A DNA stretch of 64,000 nt from Octopus vulgaris (taxonomy: Eukaryota), in assembly GCA_951406725.2 (NCBI GenBank), contig OX597830.1, positions 19,034,001 through 19,098,000 of the forward strand, given 5' to 3'. This document shows positions 14,232 to 26,799 of the stretch, piece after piece; the first letter of the stretch is position 1, and each line of letters starts with the position of its first letter. The notes below the pieces were generated by a model. That model had not been told where the DNA came from, did no database searches, and worked only from the letters and a program-made list of their open reading frames with translations. Position numbers and translations under genes: made by a program.

Positions 14232-14683
14232 ATGATGATAATACTCTGGGATATGCCAATACACACAGATAGAGAAATTAAGGCCAACAGACCAGATATA
14301 GTTGTCAGGGATCATGAAGAAAAAAAATGCTTTCTAGATGACAACGTGTCTCTAAAAGAAATGGAGAAACTTTCAAAATACAAAGACCTGGAAATAGAGG
14401 TAACTAGAATGTGGAATCTAAAAAGAGAAACAATTCCTATCATAGTAGGTGCATTAGGCATGATAAAAAAATATTCAGACAAGTACATAACAAAAACACC
14501 AGGACTTACAAACACATATAACATACAGAAAATTGCACTACTGGGCACTGCCCACATCCTACGCAGAACACTTTCCATACAATAATCATCAGAGCATCAC
14601 AACAAATCACAGCACATACCTAAGGCACACAGAGCTGTGCTCGGTAGTGAAGTGAAAGCATGCTATAAAAATAAAACTACTGA
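14232..14683 (+). mobile_element. 5'-truncated R4/Dong-clade non-LTR retrotransposon (restriction-like endonuclease C-terminus plus 3'UTR)
   Basis: ILWDMPIHTDREIKANRPDIVV...EKLSKYKDL...PIIVGALG...IQKIALLGTAHILRRTL; internal deletion after KCFL; embedded in (TAA)n on both sides. Confidence 0.85.
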
Positions 14684-15257
14684 ATAATAATAATAATAAT
14701 AATTTTTGACTTAGGCATGAAGTTAGAAATATCACGATAGGGTACAAGTGATTAAGGTGAAAAACCAGTATTTGACTAGAATTTTTTCTGTCAACTTCAC
14801 AAATAGAATCAATATTGTTTAATATAATAGACACGTAAATATTGAAAAAAAGAAAAAAAGAAAAAAAAACAAGGCAAAACAAATGAAGACATTCATATCA
14901 ACCTTGTAACAAACTGGAAATTTTGAAAAGTAAAATTGAGTAATATGTAAAAATAGTAGATTTGGGAATAAAAAGAAGTAAAAAAATAATTCCTATATTT
15001 TTTTCTCAATCAAGAAAAATAGAATTTGTGTGAATATATTTGATATGTGATTAAAAACAAAATAAAAATTGCTCAGGTTTAACAGTGCATATGATATGTT
15101 TCATGGTTCATTTATGAGTGTATATCTATATCTGTATATATATATACATATATATATATACACACACATATATATATATATATATAAATACCTATATATA
15201 TATATATACCTATATATATATATACCTATATATCTATATATCTATATATCTATCTAT

Positions 15258-15294
<37 letters not shown>

Positions 15295-15333
15295 TAAAAA
15301 ATGGAGTTAACGCAGGTTTAAACAAGTATTTTT

Positions 15334-15419
15334 ACTTTCTACACATGTTTCGAAAATTCCACTGATACTATTCAAAAGAATAAATGGTATAAACAATGCA
15401 ATCTTCTCTTCGGGAAAGT
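15334..15419 (-). ncRNA. Type-I hammerhead ribozyme-like motif (core variant CCGAAGA)
   Basis: minus strand: ACUUUC-CCGAAGA-GAAGAUU...long stem II...AAUUUUC-GAAA-C-AUGU-GUA-GAAAGU. Confidence 0.72.
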
Positions 15420-18328
15420 GAAAAAAACGAAACTCGTCAATACGACATTTTAGCAAAAAATGATGGATTTGTATAGCGATAGACAGAACGCTATTAATAT
15501 TGTTTAAAAAAACGTTATATGATATAACGTCATAAGTAGCTAACAGAAAGAGTAGGGATATTAATAGTGAATGTTAAATATAAAGGAAATTAAAGTCTAA
15601 ACTATATATAATGATAGAGACTACTTATATGCACTAAAAGTATGTTTCTGCCAATGCTTACATCTGTATGCTCGCTCTATAACCGTGTTTACCAGAGTAT
15701 TTTTTATTCATATTATTCAAAATATTCAACGTAAACACGAAGTTTCAACCTTTATAAACAAGGAGTTATCTTTATATATATATATAAATAACTATATATA
15801 TATACCTATATATATATGTATACCTATATATATATCTATCTATCCATATATATATATATTATATATGTACATGTGCAAGCCTGTGTTTGTGTGTAAGTAA
15901 ATACACATACAGGCACAGGAGTGGCTGTGTGGTAAGAAGCTTGCTTCCCAACCACATGGTTTTGTGTTCAGTCCTACTGCGTGACACCTTGGGCAAGAGT
16001 CTTCTACTACATCATTGGACCAACCAAAGCCATGTGAGTGGATTTGGTAGATGGAAACTGAAAGAAGCCCATCGTATTTGTATATATGTGTGTGTGTGTG
16101 TGTGTGTGTGAGTATGTGGGTGAATGTATGTGTGTGTTTGTCCCCCCCACTGTCGCTTGACAACCGATGCTGGTGTGTTTACGTCCCCGTAACTTAGCAG
16201 TTCGGCAAAAAGAGACTCATAGAATAAGTACTAGGCTTAGAAAGAATAAGTCCTGGGGTCGATTCGTTTAACAAAAGGCGGTGCTCCAGCATGGCCGCAG
16301 TCAAATGAGTGAAACAAGTAAAAGAATAAAAGAATACACACACACACGTTCTTTTATTCTTTTACTTGTTTCAGCCATTTGACTGCGACCATACTGGAGC
16401 ACTGCCAACCCTGTCTCACTTGTTGTAGGGGATTTGTCTCCCTTGTCAGTCATTAGATAAGTGCTTACCTGTGGTTAAGAGTTGTTTTGGCTCTTAGTTC
16501 TAGCAATGCTAGTGCTGACTTGCATTCTTAGTCTCTTTAGTGAGGTTTGTACTTGTGCCTTTTGGTTGTAAATTCCGAATAGCCACCTTAATAATATACA
16601 TACATACACACACACACACATATATATGTGCATGTATATATTGTGTAAGTGTGTGTATGTGTGTGCATGGCTTTGTACATAAGCGTATAACATACATTTA
16701 TGGTTCCTGTTGACCAATTTTATATTGGGCATTCTCAAAACTCAAACCTATCTCTTTACAGCTAAACACAAGAAAAATTAACCTACTGAGGTCAGAATGC
16801 TTTGAGAGTTGTCAAGAAATTGTACAAAGTTCTCTAATTACTAAACAAATATCTATCAAAGGTTTATAATTATTTAAAGCGCTAATTTGAATAACAGTCA
16901 TGATTGCATGTTATTTCATGAGTTTCCTGAAAAGATGGTCTTCAGGTTTCACCAGACACTAACCTGAAGACGAATGCTGTAAGAAACTTAGAGTCATAAC
17001 ACTAGGAAAATTTTAATCAAGATTACTCTAATGTATATGTGGTGTGCTGGTGGCATGTAAAAACCACAACCGATCATGGTTGTTGCTAGCCTCGCCTGGC
17101 ACTGTGCTGGTGGCACGTAAAAAGCACCCACTACAATCATACAGTGGTTGGCGTTAGGAAGGGCATCCAGCTGTAGAAACACAGCATGGAAAACGGACAT
17201 TAAACGATGATGATGATGATGACGAAAATTCAAATATCTGCCAACGTATCTAATTACTGGCATTATTAATTTTCAATCAAAATGATTTAACGGAGGTTCA
17301 TTTTATGCTTCTCTAAAAACATTAAATAACAAATCTTCATAAGACAAACATATGAACTTCCAGACCTGATATTACAAAAGATTAATTTGATGTAATTTAT
17401 TTCAATTTAATTTATCTCCTATAGGCGTAGGAGTGGCTATAGGCATAGGAGTGGCTGTGTGGTAAGTAGCTTGCTTACCAACCACATGGTTCCGGGTTCA
17501 GTCCCACTGCGTGGCATCTTGGGCAATGTATGTATGTGTGTGCGTATTTGTGTGTCTGTGTTTGTCCCTCTAGCATTGCTTGACAACCGATGCTGGTGCG
17601 TTTACGTCCCCATCACTTAGCGGTTCGACAAAAGAGACCGATATAATAAGTACTGGGCTTACAAAGAATAAGTCCCGGGGTCGATTTGCTCGACTAAAGG
17701 TGGTGCTCCAGCATGGCCGCAGTCAAATGACTGAAACAAGTAAAAGAGTAAGAGAGATATCAGCATGACCATACTGTCTTTTAGAAGCAATTGAAAACAG
17801 TAGTTGCCTAGTTAAAAATGCAGATATAGTTATTTTTACCATGATAAAGTTCTCAAAGCATTTTCTTCATTATATTTTATATATATATATATTTCTGTGT
17901 GTGTGTGTGTGTGTGTATGTTTGTGTGGAGGCGCAATGGCCCAGTGGTTAGGGCAGCGGACTCGCGGTCATAGGATCGCAGTTTCGATTCCCAGACTGGG
18001 CGTTGTGAGTGTTTATTGAGCATAAACACCTAAAAGCTCCATGAGGCTCCGGCAGGGGATGGTGGTGATCCCTGCTGTACTCTTTCGCCACAGCTTTCTC
18101 TCACTCTTTCTTCTGTTGGCCTGATCGCTTAGCCAGAGAAACGCATTGTGACCAGCGATGTGTAGCAACATCTGATAGCCTGGTTGGTCATTGATCACGT
18201 GATATATATATATATATATATATGTATGTATATATACATATGTACTGGTTTTGGGTATAAACTATTCGATGGCGCTTGGTCAAATACATATTTTAATTAT
18301 TAGTACTCCCAAATTTATAATTGAAATC

Positions 18329-18398
18329 CTATACTGAAGACGGAAATAAGTGAGTAAAAGTAATTTTACATCTCTTTAATCCAGAAACGCGTATATAG
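18329..18398 (+). ncRNA. Type-I hammerhead ribozyme (Penelope-type; first stem II pair is C.A)
   Basis: CUAUA-CUGAAGA-CGGA...UCCA-GAAA-CGCG-UA-UAUAG; palindromic ACGCGU. Confidence 0.75.
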
Positions 18399-18657
18399 TT
18401 GATCAAAGCCGAGTGGATTCGTTATTTTTTCTCTTTACCTGCGTGAGTTGGGAATATTGCTGTCTGGGAGATATCTTATGGTTGTGGAATAGTATTTAAC
18501 TGCTATTTCTAAATTTCGGTATGCGGTGAAGCAATTTTGCTAAACCCTAATTATAATTATGCTTATAATTATAGAATTCTTTGTATAAGGTTACCGATAA
18601 TAGTTCTTTTAACATACCGAACTACTTGATTAATTAATTTTACCCTTTATTATTATT

Positions 18658-18950
<293 letters not shown>

Positions 18951-19618
18951 AACAGTGGGACCTTGGTCTATGAATGCCTCTCATCATAATCAATTCTTCA
19001 AACATAAAATGGTGTCTCAAGTAAGAAAATACAAGCTGTCAACAATGGTCTGTGACAAGCTTGGAGCATCAGCGAGAGAGAGAGCATCAGTTGCTGTCTA
19101 GCTTTTCTCTCAGTGCACGTCCTTACTTGAATTCATTGTGCCTTCTCTTCAATTTCGTATGGGAGAAACGGTTTCGGTTTACGATCATTTCGAGTGATAA
19201 ACAACAGCCTTCAGGAATTAATCAAATTCATAAACTGAGATTCCGCAGTACATATATAGTATATTATATATATATATATTTATGTGTGTATCTATAAAAC
19301 TGGCAGAGATCAAAGACCCCCTGCTCTTACTCTCTGTGTATGTATGCATACATATGTGTATGTGTATGGGTGAGTGTTTGTTTGTGTGTGTGTGTGTGTG
19401 TGTGTATTAATTTTACAAAGAAAAAAAGTATTTTTTCTTGTTAAAACAAAACATATAGCATACTGTCTACAAAAGGTACTGAATGAGTTGAATTGAAGTC
19501 CGTTTTATAATTATATATATGTAGCTACACACACATACATAACCGTATGAAAAAACAAATGTGAATATATATAAGTATATATACATGCATATATATATAT
19601 GTACATATATATGTATAC

Positions 19619-19656
<38 letters not shown>

Positions 19657-19668
19657 GCATGATATGAT

Positions 19669-19704
<36 letters not shown>

Positions 19705-19832
19705 TACAGATAGATATAGATATATATCCTCTTTCTTGTATTGTAAATTGGTATTACAAAATAGACAAAAAAAAAACAGTATTACAAACACACACCAAAG
19801 AAGTACAAGAAACTTCACCAGGTTAGTATAAA

Positions 19833-19991
19833 TTACGTATCATCAAGGCTGACTGGAGCTATTTCTTGCTCATCCACAAACAGAGTATAAACAATACCAG
19901 ACCTACGATTGCCACTACTTGACGCTCGGATGTATGCAGAATGGTCGCAAATTTCGAAATGTGTCTCTGTTCCACCATCCACAAATTCTGC
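19833..19991 (-). CDS. FAIM: FAIM coding exon 4 (terminal, TAA stop)
   Basis: ttcag|GCA acceptor, AEFVDGGTETHFEICDHSAYIRASSSGNRRSGIVYTLFVDEQEIAPVSLDDT*. Confidence 0.95.
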   Translation of the reverse strand, partial: AEFVDGGTETHFEICDHSAYIRASSSGNRRSGIVYTLFVDEQEIAPVSLDDT

Positions 19992-22900
19992 CTGAAGTAG
20001 ACAAAGAATGAAACAGTATTAAGCTTAAATTTTCTTTTTAAACATGACAGGAAACTATTGCGTTAAATACTGTTTTTACTTTTCTCAGAATTGCCATCAT
20101 CAATATTGTTTAAGTCTTTTAGAATTCAGATTACTCAGTCGAATGTAATGCTTATTTATTCACATGGTTTTGAATTAGGCATGTATTTTCATATAAAATT
20201 AAAATTTCAATGATGTGAATGTCTGTTTTAGAACAACATTGTAGGGTAGGTGACAGAGGCCAGATCTGGACAGTTTGGACACAAAACAGGCAAAATATTT
20301 GAACACAAAACAGGCAAAATATTTTGGCCGGATTTAGCCAGTTTAAATGCTAAAGATTTAATGTTCACTTTTCCATGCTTGCATGGGTCAGAGAAAATTT
20401 GCTGAGGCAGGTTTTCTACAAGCAGATACCCTTCTTGTTACAAACCCTCTGGGAAGAGGTGGTCTGTATTTGTTCTGGCCCCTATCCTTTGATCTGTCCA
20501 GCATGGGAGGTCCTAGCAGCAGCTGGTGCTCCACTGACATAACTTTCAAGGTCATTGACGCATTCAAACTACCGCATTGCAACAAGTACTTGACCATTTG
20601 GTGGACATATCTGTAGCAGGAATATTTAGCAACTGAATCCAGATCATTATATCTTTTGTAGAAAAATACAAATCAAGAATACGATTGTGATTTGCTAGAA
20701 TATTACCAACATCTAACTTTACTGACATTGGGGGTGAGAAAGACAGGTCTATAATTTTTAGTCATCCACTCTGCTATCTCCCTTATGAATAGGACATATC
20801 ATGCCTTCCTGTGAAACCAGGTCTAACAAAAATTGGAGTGCTTTTTCTGAGCCAGACCACCACTATATATTCAGTGCATTTTATCTACCACCAACAGATG
20901 AGAGATATCAGACTGAACACAAAAAACAATAGCAGAAGCACCAGCTGGCCAGAGTGCTATGATAACACAAAAACAATGGACAGATGGTGACTACAACACA
21001 CAATGACCAGCTAATATCTTGACAACTACTACTATCATACTTAGTCCAAGAACAATAAGCTTCAAACTGTTTCTGTGTTTGTTGTTCATAGTAATAATAA
21101 GATTTTTTTGTTTATAAGAATAAACTTTTTTTTTTATCAAAAATCTCAAACAGATTTTAGTGCTCTATCATAACATATCCATACTGTTGTAGCTATATCT
21201 TCTGAACAAATTAGCTGATATAGGTTAATATCTATCTCTTCAGTTAGTGTGTTGTCCACCTCTCATGAAGGTCAACCTGACACATCCAATGGATTACACA
21301 CGACTCTTTTCTCTCCAGCCTTTGCAGAGCTTTCACATTTGACAGAACGAGAACATGGAAAAATCATGAAAAATACTAAAGCAATACTAACTGTTGTGTT
21401 GGCTTTTTCTCCATTGATCCAGATTTCAAGAGTGTCCTTTTCTGAAATTATGAAAACAAAAGGAAATCTTGGTATTTTAATCATGTGACATACAGGCCCC
21501 ATTGTGGAACCAACAGCGTAACAAGAGTCAACAACATTGTAAGAACAAGTATAGATGGGCTGGTCACATCGTGCGACCAAAGGATAACAGATGGACAACA
21601 AGAGGGATGGAGTGGACATCAACACAATGGACATGACCAAGAGACCAACCAAAGACAAGATGGTGAGATGATCTCATCATGTAAGCCCCATTACCTGGGG
21701 CCTACATACTCATGACTGGCCAGAGACAGACAACAGTGGAAGGAGCGCAGGGAGAGGTTTCTCCTTCAAGAGTGATGAAGCCCTGGATGTGGACATACAG
21801 GTCAAGGTGAAGATTACATCATCGTTTATACTTGTTGGTTTGTAGCATCAGGAGAATTCCGATCGAGCAGACCAATGGCCTGCAGTGTAGCTGGTGGTGG
21901 TGGGATAGTCTGTCTTGGGTGATGCTTTTATGAGGGTGGCACTTTTGAGATTCTGCTGAATAAGCTGTATAGAGAGGGGGTGGGGGATAAAAACTCAGGG
22001 GTAACTTTGGGTGGTACATACTCTAGCTATGCCCCTAACAATAATATGTACGTAGTTGGCCAAATGTCAAGCTGTGACTACAGGATCATATAGCTAAAAA
22101 TATACCACACATTTCTTATTTCTTTATTGCCCACAAGGGGCTAAACATACAGGGGACAAACAAGGACAGACAAAGGGATTAAGTCGATTACATCGACATC
22201 AGGGTGTAACTGGTACTTAATTTATCGACACCGAAAGGATGAAAGGCAAAGTCGACCTCGGTGGAATTTGAACTCCTAGCCAGGCTCATGGGCCTGGTTT
22301 CCCAGTTTCAATGGTGTATATGTTCCCCAGCTGGATGGGACACCAGTCCATCGCAATATTACTCATTTTTGCCAGCTGAGTGGACTGGAGCAATGTGAAA
22401 TGAAGTGTTTTGCTCAAGAACGCAATGTGTCGCCCGGTCCAAGAATCAAAACCACAATCTTACGATCATGATGCTGACACCCTAACCACTAAGCCATGCA
22501 CCTTCACTTGTCTATTATCTTGGAGATACGTTTAATTCATTCTCTCTCTCTCTCCTGAACGTGAGCAGAAATCACACTATGCTATATCAAAATTGAATCA
22601 TCATCATCACCATCATCATCGTTTAGTGTCCGCTTTCCATGCTAGCATGGGTTGGATGGTTCAACTGGGGTCTGGGAAGCCAGAAGGCTGCACCAGACCC
22701 AGTCTGATCTGGCAATGTTTTTACAGCTGGATGCCCTTCCTAATGCCAACCGCACCGTGAGTGTAGTGGGTGCTTTTTATGTGCCACCGGCACGGAGGCC
22801 AATCAATAACTCTAATTATTTAATTAGATATTTAATACCAATTTGCTCTAAAGCAGCCATATTAAAGTGTTCCTATTTGAAATGAAATTTCATTTGAAAT

Positions 22901-25655
22901 CTTGTTGCTGTGTGAATAGCAATGAGATTACATTTTTTCAGCATCGACATGAGAGCCCAAGGCAAAGAGAACCACTACGTGATCACTTGATCTGCTAGAA
23001 AGAACAACCAACTCTCACTGTATTTCCTTGCATACAGGAAAAAGATGAAAAATAATTTTAAACAAATAGGAACATACATAGCTCTGTGGTAAGAAACTTG
23101 CTTTCAAACCACATGGTTTTGGGTTCAATTTCACTCTGGGCTTGTGTCTTCTACTATAGCCCTGGGTTGACCAAAACCTTGTGAGTGGATTTGGTAGATG
23201 GAAACTGTAAGAAGCCCGTCATATCTGTTTGCGTGTATGTCTTTGTCATGGTGCCTGGCCCTGCCCACTGTTTGACAACTGTGTGTTAATTTGTTTATGT
23301 TTCCATAACTAAGTGGTTTGTCAAAAAGAGACTGATAGCATAAGTACCAGCCTTAAAAAAATAAATACAGGGGTCAATTTGTTTGACTAAACCCTTCAAG
23401 GCAGTGCCCCAGCATGGCTGCAGTCCAATGACCAAAACAAGCAACAGACGAAATTACTCACCGAGGGTAATTCTGATAGGGTTCTCAGCAACGTTGACAA
23501 TCCATGATTTCATGATTTTGCGTTGGTTTTCCATGAAGTTTTCATAATCTTGTCCATTCACTTGTAAGGTGTATTGGTAAGAGAATCCATTGGATGCATC
23601 GATGTTAATAACACATTTGGTCTTACCAATGTTGAATTGGACTCCACCGACCAGCTTAAACAACCAGTCCACACGGTAAATCTCCTGGAGGAAGAAACAA
23701 ATAAAAAAAAAAGGGATAAAATGACCTATGTAAAGAAAAAAAAATATTCTCCTCAGTTTTGTTTTAACAACTACCTTTCTATGCTTGCAGATACATACAT
23801 ACATTTATATATATACATACATACATACATACATGTGGATGCTAGTGGATGCTAAATGATGCTGATGTATGTATATATATATATATATATACTAGCAGTA
23901 TAGCTCGGTGTTGCTCGGGTTTGTTTCAACCCCTTAGAATTGGAATTTTTGAAAAGTAAAAATTTCACATTATGTAGCTTGTTATTCTCTTGAAGTGAAC
24001 ATTTTCCTGGTTGAAATACACTGAAAAATGGCGACACAGCAGGAAAAAAATCAGGGATTTTCATAAAAAAAAAAAGCATCTTTTTGATGTAAATAACTTT
24101 TGGTCTTAACATGGTCTGATTTGAAGTTTTTCTTCTATGGAATGAAGAGCAAGCCTTCTTCTATCATACTCTCAATTTTGGTCAACTTGCGCGGCAGGAT
24201 CTCGGAGGAGAAAGTGTTAGTTGAAGGCTACCAAACCTGCTACACACACACAGACAACTTCAGCTTTATATATATAGATATAGAAAAGAAAAGAAATGGA
24301 GTAAAAATAAACAACGAGAAGTTGATCGCTGGTATAAAAAAGGTCATAGTTCAATTGTAGTTCAGAACCATTTACAGCTGTTTCTGTTTATCAAATCAAA
24401 GTAAATTTGCATTTATCTCCTTCCATTTAACAACATCGTCAGAATGATTTAGAGGAATATAAATAGGAGAAAAAGGGAAATGAGAGGAAAAGGCAAAAGA
24501 AAAAGGAAAAAGTTTGTTAAGTCTTTAGGCTTACATTTTAGTGACTTTTTGAGTTAATGAACATTTTTAGATTAAAAATATTAAAAAAAGAACTTTTTTT
24601 ATCTTAATTTTGAAAAATAAAAGAAATATATATAAAAAAAACATTATTTATGGGATGACCCATATATGTATCTACAATGGGTATAACAAAGGTTTTTGAT
24701 GGGTAATTAGATATTTGTTTAGGCTGTGTTGTCCCCATATGAAACTAAGTTACCATCTTAACTATCCAATGAATCTGTTGTTCCTTGTGTTGACTGCCAT
24801 TTCTAGCATTGGAAGTGATCATTAGTTGCTAGGGGTATTTGTGTGCCAATATTGCTGGACTGTATTTTTGAATAGTTACCAAAAAATTCGTGTAGTAATT
24901 ATACAACACTGCACAAGCATTTAAATATGATTGATTGCACTCTGTAAGCTGGGAAAGATGTCCATGCAATAAAATTAAAATATAGAAGCAGTAAGGTGGA
25001 AATAGCATAATATGACAAGCAAGGGAATTCTGTTTGAAGCAAATATACAGGTGCTGTGTCGTGTCTATTTCTTTGGTATCCTCGATTGAGTATGACTGAG
25101 TATGCAACTGTTGAAACAGCTGTAGTGATTGTGCAATTTTAAGCTTGACCAAAGACACACTGAAATTGGCGAGAATGGAGAATGAAATACCAGCTTGAAT
25201 GTCTCATCACTCTGCAAAATTGGAGCCTTTATTGACAGTATTTATAAGCTGTGCTCAAGGAATGTTCCAGACACGCTAAAGAACTATCATGTGAACAACG
25301 GTTGTTGATTGGACAAGATCTTGGTTGTGCACATGATCAAATGGTGGTTGAATTATGATTTGAAATATGTAGGTAGCAAAATGCAATTTCTAATCCATGC
25401 TACATTTATTTTTTAAGATAGCAGAGAATAATTTGAAGTAGACTGAGTTGATATTTCTAGCAGGACGGATCATATATAAAGGTTCCTTTCATTGGCTCCC
25501 AGTAGCCCTGTCAGGTCAAACATTTCTGGAAGTTATTCATAATACTTGACCTGAAAGTTTCCTGGAAGAGCTTGCACAATGTATCACTGTTGACATATGC
25601 ATGTATGTGAATGTATGTATGTGTGTGCATGTATGTGTGGTGTGTGTGTATGTGT

Positions 25656-25693
<38 letters not shown>

Positions 25694-25838
25694 GTGAAGA
25701 GCAATGAAAGAAATATTCTCTTACCTTCCCGTCAACGCGAACAACTCTTTTGCCAGAAGTTGTTCCATGTTCAAATTCTAAGTCATGTACACCATCAGCT
25801 AAAGACACTCTCCATTTACCAACCAGGTCTGAGGGCAT
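19833..25838 (-). CDS. FAIM: Fas apoptotic inhibitory molecule (FAIM/FAIM1), spliced CDS: 25838-25725, 23684-23462, 21441-21392, 19991-19833; 181 aa
   Basis: Joined exons give MPSDLVGKWRVSLADGVHDLEFEHGTTSGKRVVRVDGK|EIYRVDWLFKLVG...IRITL|EKDTLEIWINGEKANTT|AEFVDGGTETHFEI...SLDDT*. Contains FAIM hallmark motifs FEHGTTSGKRV, W.FKLVG and EFVD.GTETHF. All introns GT-AG with matching phases 0,1,0. In-frame TAG just upstream of the ATG. Confidence 0.96.
21392..21441 (-). CDS. FAIM: FAIM coding exon 3
   Basis: tttcag|AA acceptor, ACA|gttagt donor, 50 nt, EKDTLEIWINGEKANTT. Confidence 0.93.
21485..21810 (+). mobile_element. RTE-clade LINE 3' fragment
   Basis: RWAGHIVRPKDNRWT...W...RP...RW motif. Confidence 0.7.
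23462..23684 (-). CDS. FAIM: FAIM coding exon 2
   Basis: ctccag|GAG acceptor, G|gtgagt donor, 223 nt, EIYRVDWLFKLVGG...NPIRITL. Confidence 0.95.
23892..24278 (-). mobile_element. Non-autonomous Helitron
   Basis: minus strand TCTATATATATAAAGCTGAAGTTG...CCCGAGCAACACCGAG hairpin...CTAG|T; termini shared with the 6778 element. Confidence 0.8.
24366..24449 (-). ncRNA. Type-I hammerhead ribozyme (Penelope-type)
   Basis: minus strand: AAUCAUU-CUGACGA-UGUU...AACA-GAAA-CAGCUG-UA-AAUGGUU; palindromic ACAGCUGU; GUA ends at 24373. Confidence 0.85.
25725..25838 (-). CDS. FAIM: FAIM coding exon 1 (38 aa)
   Basis: ATG at 25838; donor AAG|gtaaga at 25724; acceptor ttcag| at 25864 shows an upstream non-coding exon exists. 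Confidence 0.95.
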
Positions 25839-26199
25839 TATTGTGCGCAGAGTTAGCCTCTAGCTGAAACAGAAGATCAAAGTTCTTCATAAATGTCTAA
25901 AGTCATCACCATCATCCTCATCCCCATCCCCATCACTGCCTCTGTGGTGTCTCAAATAATGGTATCAAACAATATTACAGATCCATCTCCTCAGCTTCTC
26001 CTAAACAAACCACCACAAACTACAAATAACGCAAAACTACGCACTACGCAACATAACAAGGTTTGTACACATGACATCCACAGGTCACCTATGCAACGGA
26101 ATAAAAACACTAAGAATGAAAGACCGTCTAGAGCTGTCAGGAGCACGGATTACTACTGCAGTTTACTCCAGCCCTCCAGTAGTTTTTTCCATATATAAA

Positions 26200-26520
26200 C
26201 AATCTATATTCAAGCACACAGACAATATAGAACACCAGAATACCCACTAAAACTGCTGGGACAAGCATAACAGGTGCATACATACAAAAATAATTACATG
26301 AATAGCCTCACTGCTCTCAAACACTGCGATGGGATGCACCCCACCAAGAATAAATGCAAAGGAAATGCAACTGTCGCTCTCTGCCCGAGACCACCCTACA
26401 TGCCGCCGCCTTAATCTACGGACGTACGGAAATAAACTGGACAATGGAGAGAATACAAAATGTGCAGACTGCCGGAATGCACCACATACGATTCATCATT
26501 GTATATGTATAGAATGGGAT
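26200..26520 (+). mobile_element. Degenerate I-group LINE 3' end (CCHC-like zinc knuckle)
   Basis: GCTPPRINAKEMQL...CADCRNAPHTIHH resembles the C-terminal CxxC...HxxxC region of I-group ORF2. Confidence 0.45.
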
Positions 26521-26799
26521 GTGTAGAATGAACATCAGTTAGGCCGACACATGTCATAATTGAGAAAACATGTCTGGATCGCGGCTTGTCGTTTGACCGA
26601 TTATCACCGTGCTCGATCATTGCTGACCTGGGAACACTTAACCGCATCATCAACAGTACGGTATGATTGTGGTACTGATGATAACTGTAGTGATCTGCAT
26701 GATGATGACGATGACGATGGGAATAGGAATAGCGAATCAAGAAGGAAACTAACTTGAAAATGTATATCACCTGCTTAATTCTTTCTTCAATAACAATTG

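Noticed and set aside
19160-19225. Possible hammerhead on the minus strand (CUGAAGG...CGAAAC)
   Set aside because: Core is mutated, there is no NUH in register and no stem I pairing
24829-25158. 109-aa ORF in the FAIM intron
   Set aside because: No recognisable domain or compatible splice sites; probably a decayed DNA-transposon remnant
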